NCBI GenBank assembly: GCA_965223705.1
Contig: OZ245015.1
Coordinates: forward strand, 544,001 to 608,000
Length of the DNA stretch: 64,000 nt
From: Myxococcota bacterium
GTDB lineage: Bacteria > Myxococcota_A > UBA9160 > UBA6930
Direction of reading: 5' to 3'
The translations under genes and the position numbers were made by a program. Positions 48,670 to 55,108 of this stretch are shown here, piece by piece (position 1 is the stretch's first letter; each line of letters begins with the position of its first letter). The notes beneath the pieces are model-generated. The model had not been told where the DNA came from. It saw only the letters and a program-made list of their open reading frames with translations, and ran no database searches.

Positions 48670-48996
48670 TTACTGCTGGGGTTCGCAGTCGGTCGCGGCA
48701 CCGAGCGATCCGAAGGTCGCGCACGCGTTCGACTCGTAGGATTTCGCCATGGTGTCGACGTACTTGGCGGTGCCCTCGAGGACCGGATCCCAACCGATGC
48801 GCGTGTAGTCGTGCATGGTCGCGACGCTCGTGTACGCGCTCGACTTCGTGCCCGACGCGACGGTATCGACGTTTTCACCCACCGCGAGGGTGATGAGGAG
48901 GTCGTGGACCTCGGTGGTGAAATCGCCAGCGACGCTGGCCTGGGCGAGGGAGAGAGTCGCGATCGCCGCAATCGCGACGGAGAACAAGCGGTTCAT
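48670..48996 (-). CDS. Secreted two-repeat beta-rich protein, paralog 5
   Basis: MNRLFSVAIAAIATLSLAQASVA|GDFTTEV..VDTVASGTKSSAYTSVATMHD/YTRIG..VDTMAKSYESNACATFGSLG..C; SD AAGGAG. Confidence 0.88.
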   Translation of the reverse strand: MNRLFSVAIAAIATLSLAQASVAGDFTTEVHDLLITLAVGENVDTVASGTKSSAYTSVATMHDYTRIGWDPVLEGTAKYVDTMAKSYESNACATFGSLGAATDCEPQQ

Positions 48997-49046
48997 GGTG
49001 GTGCTCCTTGTGGTGTGGGTCCCGCTATTTCCGGGACTTGAAGAGG

Positions 49047-49073
49047 AGTCGCGCCAGGGCGTGTCACGGATCA
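49047..49073 (-). promoter_or_regulatory. ECF-type promoter motif copy 5
   Basis: TGATCC-gtgacacgccctggcg-CGACT. Confidence 0.82.
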
Positions 49074-49082
49074 CCGATCCCG

Positions 49083-49116
49083 AAAAGAAAAAGCGCCGGC
49101 TCTTTCGAGCCGGCGC
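49083..49116 (-). terminator. Rho-independent terminator after paralog 4
   Basis: GCGCCGGCTC-gaaa-GAGCCGGCGC followed by TTTTTCTTTT. Confidence 0.88.
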
Positions 49117-49141
49117 CAGAGGGGCAGGGGGACGTGTTGCC

Positions 49142-49465
49142 TTAGCGGGGTTCGCAGAAAGTCGGGTTGCCGACGGAACCGAAGGACGCGCAGGCGTGCG
49201 CGTTGTAGCCGCTGGCCTTGGTCTCGATGTAGCGCGCGTCGCCCTTGAGGTTCGTCTTGTAGTTGATGAGCGTGTCGTCGTGCACTGTCGCGACACTCGT
49301 CGTGGCGCTCGAGTAGTCACCCGTGGCGAGCGTGTCGACCTGGTAGCCGTAGGCGTCGGTGTCGAGCTGCGCGCGGATCTCGGTGGTGAAGGGGTTCGCG
49401 AAGCTCACGCTCGCGATGGTCAGGGCGGCAAAGCCGGCGATGGCGGAAACGAAGAGGCGGTTCAT
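49142..49465 (-). CDS. Secreted two-repeat beta-rich protein, paralog 4
   Basis: 107 aa; signal ..VSFA|NPF; very similar to paralog 3; SD AAGGAG. Confidence 0.9.
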   Translation of the reverse strand: MNRLFVSAIAGFAALTIASVSFANPFTTEIRAQLDTDAYGYQVDTLATGDYSSATTSVATVHDDTLINYKTNLKGDARYIETKASGYNAHACASFGSVGNPTFCEPR

Positions 49466-49519
49466 GATGTTCTAGCTCCTTGGTGGTGTTTGTGGGTCGC
49501 TTCCTGCGACTTGCCTAGG

Positions 49520-49546
49520 AGTCGGGCCAGGAGGGGTCTCAGATCA
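49520..49546 (-). promoter_or_regulatory. ECF-type promoter motif copy 6
   Basis: TGATCT-gagacccctcctggcc-CGACT. Confidence 0.78.
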
Positions 49547-49554
49547 CCTGCGGC

Positions 49555-49589
49555 AAAAAAAAAGCGCCGGCTCACGAATGAGCCGGCGC
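49555..49589 (-). terminator. Rho-independent terminator after paralog 3
   Basis: GCGCCGGCTCA-ttcg-TGAGCCGGCGC followed by a T-run. Confidence 0.9.
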
Positions 49590-49614
49590 CGTCGTGTCGT
49601 GTCGGCTGCGAAGG

Positions 49615-49965
49615 TTACTCCTGGACGAGCATCTTGCTGCGCTGGCCGGGCTCGCAGTGGGTCGGGTTGCCGACGGAACCGAAGGACGCGCAGGCGTGCG
49701 AGTCGTAGCCGCTGGCCCGGGTCTCGATCCAGCGAGCGTCGCCCTTGAGGTTCGTCTTGTAGTTGATGAGCGTGAAATCGTGCACGGTCGCGACGCTCGT
49801 CGTGGCGCTCGAGTGGCGGCCCGAAGCGACGGTATCGACCTGGTAGCCGTAGGCGTCGGTGTCGAGTTGGCCGCGGACCTCGGTGGTGAAGGGGTTCGCG
49901 AAGCTCACGCTCGCGATGGACAGGGCGGCAAAGCCGGCGATGGCGGAAACGAAGAGGCGGTTCAT
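49615..49965 (-). CDS. Secreted two-repeat beta-rich protein, paralog 3
   Basis: 116 aa; same architecture with a short C-terminal extension. Confidence 0.9.
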   Translation of the reverse strand: MNRLFVSAIAGFAALSIASVSFANPFTTEVRGQLDTDAYGYQVDTVASGRHSSATTSVATVHDFTLINYKTNLKGDARWIETRASGYDSHACASFGSVGNPTHCEPGQRSKMLVQE

Positions 49966-50020
49966 GATGTTCTAGCTCCTTGGTGGTTTTTCGCGGGTCG
50001 CTCCTTACGACCCGTGAAGA

Positions 50021-50047
50021 GGTCGTTCGAGGAGCCGCCCTGGATCA
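50021..50047 (-). promoter_or_regulatory. ECF-type promoter motif copy 7
   Basis: TGATCC-agggcggctcctcgaa-CGACC. Confidence 0.8.
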
Positions 50048-50055
50048 TCGACAGC

Positions 50056-50090
50056 AAAAAAAAGCGCCGGCTCGAGGTGAGCCGGCGCTT
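50056..50090 (-). terminator. Rho-independent terminator after paralog 2
   Basis: AAGCGCCGGCTC..GAGCCGGCGC followed by a T-run. Confidence 0.9.
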
Positions 50091-50113
50091 CGGAGGCGGG
50101 GAAAACCGTCGGG

Positions 50114-50440
50114 TTAGTGCTTCGGGCGGCAGTACGTCGGGGCACCGACCGAGCCGAAGGTCGCGCAGGCGTGGGCGTTGTTGCCGCTGGCCTCGGTGCG
50201 GATGTATTCCGCCTTGCCCTTCAGGTTCGTCTTGTACTGGATGAGCGTGTAGTCGTGCACGGTCGCGACGCTCGTCATCGCGCTCGAGTTGTCGCCCGTG
50301 GCGAGGGTGTCGACGTTCTTGCCGTAAGCATCGGTGTCGAGCTGAGCCCGGACCTCGGTGGTGAAGTCATTGGCGAAGCTCACGTTGGCGATGGACAGGG
50401 CGGCGAAGCCGGCGATTGCGATAGCGAAGAAGCGGTTCAT
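50114..50440 (-). CDS. Secreted two-repeat beta-rich protein, paralog 2
   Basis: 108 aa; signal ..VSFA|NDF; two 37-aa repeats; C-x11-C. Confidence 0.9.
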   Translation of the reverse strand: MNRFFAIAIAGFAALSIANVSFANDFTTEVRAQLDTDAYGKNVDTLATGDNSSAMTSVATVHDYTLIQYKTNLKGKAEYIRTEASGNNAHACATFGSVGAPTYCRPKH

Positions 50441-50505
50441 TGGATGGTTCCTTTGGTGGGATCGTTTTCAAACTCTCTGTCGCGCCCCTGCGCGACTTGC
50501 TGAGG

Positions 50506-50532
50506 AGTCGTTCGCCGGCCGCTTCCGGATCA
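50506..50532 (-). promoter_or_regulatory. ECF-type promoter motif copy 8
   Basis: TGATCC-ggaagcggccggcgaa-CGACT. Confidence 0.82.
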
Positions 50533-50573
50533 CCCGAGCTCATTTTTTTCAGCGCGATCGCGATTTTTTCCAG

Positions 50574-50613
50574 AAAAGAAAAAGGCGCCGGCTCGAGGGG
50601 AGGAGCCGGCGCC
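50574..50613 (-). terminator. Rho-independent terminator after paralog 1
   Basis: GGCGCCGGCTC..GAGCCGGCGCC followed by TTTTTCTTTT. Confidence 0.88.
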
Positions 50614-50639
50614 TCGGGAGAGGAGGAGAGCTTTCGGGG

Positions 50640-50975
50640 TTAGTTCTTCTCCTCGCAGTGGGTCGCGGGGCCGATCGACGCGACGCTCGTGCAGGCGCGC
50701 GATCCACTGTGGCTGGCCTCGGTCCAGACGTCGCGTACGGAGACGTCGATCTTGACCGGACCCTCGATCTTCGTGTCGTCGTGGATCGACGCGACGCTCG
50801 AGTAGGCGACGGCGTTGGCGGCCGTGGCCTTCGTCGTAACGTCCCGGACTTCCACGGTAATTTCGACCCGATCCTTGATCACGGTCGAGAAGTCACCGGC
50901 GAAGCTCGCGGTGGCGAACGACATCGACACGATGCTTAGGGTGATAGCGGCGATGAGGGCGAAGGCGCGGAGCAT
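50640..50975 (-). CDS. Secreted two-repeat beta-rich protein, paralog 1 (most divergent)
   Basis: ATG 50975 with SD AGGAG; STVIKDRVEITVEVRDVTTKATAANAVAYSSVASIHD / DTKIEGPVKIDVSVRDVWTEASHSGSRACTSVASIG. Confidence 0.88.
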   Translation of the reverse strand: MLRAFALIAAITLSIVSMSFATASFAGDFSTVIKDRVEITVEVRDVTTKATAANAVAYSSVASIHDDTKIEGPVKIDVSVRDVWTEASHSGSRACTSVASIGPATHCEEKN

Positions 50976-51031
50976 GGCTTTTCTCCTGGCTTGTTGATGT
51001 CGCTGGCCGCGCATCTCGCGGCTCGTTCCGA

Positions 51032-51058
51032 AGTCGCGGGCACTTCCCGTTTGGATCA
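51032..51058 (-). promoter_or_regulatory. ECF-type promoter motif copy 9
   Basis: TGATCC-aaacgggaagtgcccg-CGACT. Confidence 0.82.
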
Positions 51059-51144
51059 CCGCGAAGGAAAAAACGATTTATCCCCACGGGGCAGTGCGGT
51101 ACAGTACGATCGAGTCCTCGGTTAGAGAGGGTCGGCGACAAGCG

Positions 51145-52017
51145 ATGGATCGAGAACAGTGGAAGACAGTTCTCAACGCGGCGAGCGACGGCGACGCGCC
51201 CGCCTTGCTTCAGCTGACCCGCCAGGTCAGCCGGCTCCTCGAGGAGTACGGCGCCTACACCGTCCGTAAGGAGTGGGCCGAGGACGTCCAGAAGATCACG
51301 GCAGCGGTTCTCGAGGGATGGGCCGAGGGTGGAACCCTCGCCGCGGACACCCATATCGAAAGCGTCACCAAGAACCGTTTTTGGGGTCAGATTCTCGATC
51401 TGATGACCCAGAACGATATGAAGGCGGGCCAGCTCTTCTTTCCGACCGTTCGCCGTCTACTCGGCAAGTGGGACGGGGCCCGGCGCGCCGAGGCGCAATG
51501 GGACGACATCGTTCAGGAGACCGCGCACCAGCTCTGGGAGAGCTGGATGAAGGGTGGGGTGAAACGCCCCTGGTCGCTGCTGTGCACCATCGCGAAACGC
51601 CGTTATCTCGACAAAATCCGCGCCGAGCGCCACACGGAAGAAATCGAGGATGAAGCTTCTGAGGAGCTGGGTGACAGCCCCGGCGAGCTCTTCACCGAAC
51701 AAGCCCTGGCCGTCCTCGAAGAAGAGGAGCGGCAGGTCATTGTCCAAATGGACATCGAGGGCAGGACGCGCGTCGAAATCGCGGATTCTCTCGGCGTGAC
51801 CGAAGGCCAGGTGCTTTCGACGCGCCGGGCGGGGTTGCGCCGCATCTGGAGATGGCTCGGCCGCGACCTTCCACCGACCTCGCGCGCCGTCTGGGAGGAG
51901 ATGTTCAAAGGCGCGCGGCGAATTCCCCCGGAGGAAGTGGCCGCCAAGCTCAGTATGGAGACCGCCGAGGTCGTCGAGATCCTCGAAGAGGCGCGCGTCC
52001 TCACGGGGCTCGCATGA
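51145..52017 (+). CDS. ECF-type sigma-70 factor with N- and C-terminal extra domains
   Basis: sigma2 WDDIVQETAHQLW..LLCTIAKRRYLDKIR; sigma4 LEEEERQVIVQMDIEGRTRVEIADSLGVTEGQVLSTRRAGLRRI. Confidence 0.85.
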   Translation: MDREQWKTVLNAASDGDAPALLQLTRQVSRLLEEYGAYTVRKEWAEDVQKITAAVLEGWAEGGTLAADTHIESVTKNRFWGQILDLMTQNDMKAGQLFFPTVRRLLGKWDGARRAEAQWDDIVQETAHQLWESWMKGGVKRPWSLLCTIAKRRYLDKIRAERHTEEIEDEASEELGDSPGELFTEQALAVLEEEERQVIVQMDIEGRTRVEIADSLGVTEGQVLSTRRAGLRRIWRWLGRDLPPTSRAVWEEMFKGARRIPPEEVAAKLSMETAEVVEILEEARVLTGLA

Positions 52018-52038
52018 GGGAAAAAACTCGCTGTGAAG

Positions 52039-52065
52039 TGATCCGGAACGTCCACTGGCGCGACT
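52039..52065 (+). promoter_or_regulatory. ECF-type promoter motif copy 10 (upstream of the anti-sigma gene)
   Basis: TGATCC-ggaacgtccactggcg-CGACT, preceded by an A-tract. Confidence 0.82.
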
Positions 52066-52129
52066 TGGGTCCAGGGGAAGGTGGGTCATCGAACCCGCCG
52101 ACAGGAGCCTCGACGAAAAGGATCGTCCC

Positions 52130-52912
52130 ATGACCAGCAAGGCCCACGAGCCTGACTTCGAAGACCGACTCGAGCGGTCCACCGGTGCCCGCCTGCGCGG
52201 CGAAGACCCGCGCGAGCTGACCTGGCACCCCTCGGACAGCGAGTTGCTCGCGTTCCACGCAGAGCCTCGCGGGATGGAGGCCTCATTGCGGTCCCGCATC
52301 CGCGATCACTTCGGGAGCTGCGGATCGTGCCGCGATGCGTTCGCGGCGTTCTCGGTACTGGCCGCCGCGCCTGCGCCCGAGGTGGCGCGCGCAGCGGCCG
52401 CCGATTCTCCTTCTCTGCTCGAGCGCTTGTTCGAGCCGTTCCGCGCGATGTTCGCGCAGCCCGCCTTGGTCTCGGCCATGGTCGCGGTCTTCGCCGTCGC
52501 GGGTTTTCTCGCGATCGACCCGATCGATCCGGGCCCCGGTGAGGGCACCCGGGGCGTGTATCCCATCGAACGCACGCCCTCGGTCGATCCCGGCACGCTC
52601 GGTTCGGCGACCGTCACCCTGGCGAGCGGCTTTCCGACGCGAGTCGAAGCCGATGCGTTGTCGGGTTCTCGGGAAGTCGTCCTCGAGCTCCTCGCGCCTT
52701 CGACGCTTCCGGCGGGGCCCGAGTTCACGGTCCGCTTGATGGGGCCCGAGGGGGCCCGCGAAGCGGTCGCCCAGCTCGGCGAAGAAGCTCCGCCGCGGAT
52801 CGCCGCGATTTTTCCGGCCGAGGCTCTGACGCCCGGCGCGTATCGGGTGACGGTCTTTCTACCCTCCGACGCGACGTCCGCGCTCGCGACCTACGAACTC
52901 GAGATCGAGTGA
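52130..52912 (+). CDS. Zinc-binding (ZAS/zf-HC2) transmembrane anti-sigma factor
   Basis: HPSDSELLAF..HFGSCGSC (HxxxCxxC), one TM helix, beta-rich extracytoplasmic domain; lies directly after the sigma gene. Confidence 0.82.
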   Translation: MTSKAHEPDFEDRLERSTGARLRGEDPRELTWHPSDSELLAFHAEPRGMEASLRSRIRDHFGSCGSCRDAFAAFSVLAAAPAPEVARAAAADSPSLLERLFEPFRAMFAQPALVSAMVAVFAVAGFLAIDPIDPGPGEGTRGVYPIERTPSVDPGTLGSATVTLASGFPTRVEADALSGSREVVLELLAPSTLPAGPEFTVRLMGPEGAREAVAQLGEEAPPRIAAIFPAEALTPGAYRVTVFLPSDATSALATYELEIE

Positions 52913-53130
52913 TGCACCGTCTTCTCGTCGCCGCGGCGTTTCTCGCGCTGGCGTGCGTCGACGGCGGACGAAGCCCCGAAGCGAGTCTCGACGGTGCGCT
53001 GCACGTGACGTGTCGCGGGGCTGGCACAGCCGTGACGGTGATTGGATCGCGCGCCGCAGACGCAGGGCGCGTCGTCGCCCGGGACGTTCGGACCGACGCC
53101 GGACGCGGCAGCCGCTGCGAAGAGTCCTAG
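52909..53130 (+). CDS. Short lipoprotein-like ORF, possibly a truncated alpha/beta-hydrolase remnant
   Basis: Overlaps the anti-sigma stop; LALAC lipobox; LHVTCRGAGTAVTVI. Confidence 0.35.
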   Translation: MMHRLLVAAAFLALACVDGGRSPEASLDGALHVTCRGAGTAVTVIGSRAADAGRVVARDVRTDAGRGSRCEES

Positions 53131-54311
53131 ACGGCTCGCTTCTCTCTGAATCCAGCGATCTCAGTCGCACTGAATCCCAGCTCGACGAGGATCTCGTCGG
53201 TGTGTTCGCCGAGCTCCGGAGCCCGATCGCGGATTTCGGCGGGTGTCCGAGACAGTTGGACCGGGGTCGTGGCGAGAGGCGCCGGCGCGCGCAGGCCCGG
53301 GAAATCGACTCCGGCGAGGAAGCCCGCGGCCTGAATATGCGGGTCGTCGAGCGCCTGCTGGGGGGAGTAGACCGGACCCGCCGGGATGCGCGCGGCCTCG
53401 AGCTCGGAAATCGCTTGGGCGGTGGTTCGCTCAGCGCACCACGCCTGCATTCGTTCGCTCAGAAGTTCGCCGTTCTCACCGCGCTTCCTGTCGTCGGCGA
53501 AGCGGGGATCTTCAAGCCACGCCTCCGCTCCGACGAGTTCTGCCCAGCGCCGGAACAGTGGCTCGCCGATCACCTGGGCCATGATCCAGCCGTCGCGCGT
53601 TTGAAACGCGTCGGAAGGGCCGGCGAGTTGGTTGCGGTTCCCGGTGCCGACGCGGTTGGGCGCGTCGAGGGCCTGCTCGATGAGATACGCGTTCGAGACC
53701 GTCAGCGCGCTCGCCAGGAGCGAGCCCGAAACCACTTGTCCTTCGCCCGATTTCTGACGCTCGAGGATCGCCATCACCGTGCCGAAAGCGTGGAGGATCG
53801 CGGTGGTGAAGTCGACGTAGGGCATTGCGGATTTCATCGGGCTTTCTGCGTCTCCGCCGAGATGCATGTTGCCCGACATCGCCTGGCCGATCGCGTCGAA
53901 GCCGACGCGCTCGCTGTAGGGTCCGCCCGCACCGTACGCCGTAATGTGCGTCAAGATGATGTCGGGCTTGATCGAACGGAGATGCTCGTAGTCGAGCCCC
54001 ATCGACTCGAGCGTCTTCCCGGGCAAGTTCGCGACGACGACGTCGGCGGTCGCGACCAGCTTTCGCACGATTTCCCGACCCTCGGGCTTCATCGGATTCA
54101 AGGTCATGCCGCGTTTGTTGCGCCCGCACTGGAGAAAGAGTGCGCCTTGGCCGCTGCCGCCCACCGGCGAGACGTGACGGTCCTCACCGCCGTCGACGCG
54201 TTCGATCCGTATCACTTCCGCGCCGTAGTCCGCCAGTAGCGTCGCGCAGTACGGACCCGCGATGTAGCGACCAAAATCGAGGACCCGAATTCCGTCTAAA
54301 ACACCGCGCAT
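53127..54311 (-). CDS. CoA-transferase family III (CaiB/BaiF)
   Basis: LDGIRVLDFGRYIAGPYCATLLADYGAEVIRIE, RNKRG, GFDAIGQAMSG, APELGEHT. Confidence 0.93.
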   Translation of the reverse strand: MRGVLDGIRVLDFGRYIAGPYCATLLADYGAEVIRIERVDGGEDRHVSPVGGSGQGALFLQCGRNKRGMTLNPMKPEGREIVRKLVATADVVVANLPGKTLESMGLDYEHLRSIKPDIILTHITAYGAGGPYSERVGFDAIGQAMSGNMHLGGDAESPMKSAMPYVDFTTAILHAFGTVMAILERQKSGEGQVVSGSLLASALTVSNAYLIEQALDAPNRVGTGNRNQLAGPSDAFQTRDGWIMAQVIGEPLFRRWAELVGAEAWLEDPRFADDRKRGENGELLSERMQAWCAERTTAQAISELEAARIPAGPVYSPQQALDDPHIQAAGFLAGVDFPGLRAPAPLATTPVQLSRTPAEIRDRAPELGEHTDEILVELGFSATEIAGFREKRAV

Positions 54312-54434
54312 GTGGGACTTCTCCTGTATTCTCGGCCCGGGGTGGGCCTCACGAGTATAGAGCCGTCGCGGGGCCCCGGTTGAAGACTGGGGCTCGTCGG
54401 CTCGTCAAACCCTTTTCACCCTCTCGGAGGCTTC

Positions 54435-54950
54435 ATGACCACCGTACGCCGCTACTTACCCGCGCTTGTCTTGGCATGCTGCAGTTCCCTCTTCGCGACG
54501 TTCCCCGCCCTGGCCGAAGAAGGGGCGACGAAGGTCGCGGACGGACGCCAGGTTTCCATCGAATACTCGCTCAAAATGGACGACGGGACCGTCGTCGACG
54601 AAAACGTCGGCCGGGACCCGCTGCGCTTCGAGCAGGGGAAAGGCCAGATCCTTCCCGCCCTAGAAGCAGAGCTCGCGGGCCTCGAGGCCGGGGACGAAAA
54701 GCACGTCACGTTGCCGCCCGAAAAAGGGTACGGCGCTGTGAACCCCGACGCCTACCACACGGTGCCGGCCGAGAAGATCCCCGAAGAGGCTCGGAAGGTC
54801 GGCGCGGTCCTGATGGCGCAGGGCGCCAACGGGCAGCAGCGGCCGATGCGGGTCCACGAAGTGAAGGGAGATGAGATCGTGATGGATCTCAATCACCCGC
54901 TGGCGGGGAAGACGCTCCACTTCGATATCAAGATCGTTTCCGTCGAATAG
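54435..54950 (+). CDS. FKBP-type PPIase, SlyD-like, with a signal peptide
   Basis: VSIEYSL, QILPALE, LPPEKGYG, DLNHPLAGKTLHFDIKIVSV; N-terminal ..PALA|EE. Confidence 0.9.
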   Translation: MTTVRRYLPALVLACCSSLFATFPALAEEGATKVADGRQVSIEYSLKMDDGTVVDENVGRDPLRFEQGKGQILPALEAELAGLEAGDEKHVTLPPEKGYGAVNPDAYHTVPAEKIPEEARKVGAVLMAQGANGQQRPMRVHEVKGDEIVMDLNHPLAGKTLHFDIKIVSVE

Positions 54951-54969
54951 GGACACGTTTGCGGAAGAC

Positions 54970-55098
54970 CGAGGCCGGGCCGGGGCAGGTGGGGGCACCG
55001 TGCGGGGACATCCTCGCGCCGACCGGGTGACGAGATCCTTCGCGCGCTTCGGCGGCGCTGCGGAACTGCGCGCGGTACCCCCACCTACCCCGGCCTCG
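54970..55098. repeat. ~130-bp dispersed palindromic element, copy B
   Basis: Shares GTGGGGGCACCGTGC, ACATCCTCGCGCCGA and TCGGCGGCGCTGCGGAACTGCGCGCGGTACCCCCAC with copy A; lies between convergent genes. Confidence 0.85.
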
Positions 55099-55108
55099 CG
55101 GCACCCAG

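Noticed and set aside
48997..49320. 216-aa version of paralog 5 from the ORF track
   Set aside because: The extension overlaps paralog 4, its terminator and a promoter; homology starts at MNRLF (48996)
48670..50975. Calling the paralogs CsgA/curlin or FapC
   Set aside because: They lack the ~22-aa QxGxxN curlin repeat and the Asn/Gln-rich FapC consensus; only the architecture is analogous
48670..50975. Paralogs as RiPP precursors
   Set aside because: They have Sec-type signal peptides and no adjacent modifying enzymes or peptidase-ABC exporter; PqqD/E lie ~45 kb away in a PQQ operon
48540..51060. Subunit array as a CRISPR array or integron cassette array
   Set aside because: The repeats are terminators and promoters around paralogous CDSs. 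There are no unique spacers, cas genes or integrase, and I found no RYYYAAC attC core after the stops I checked
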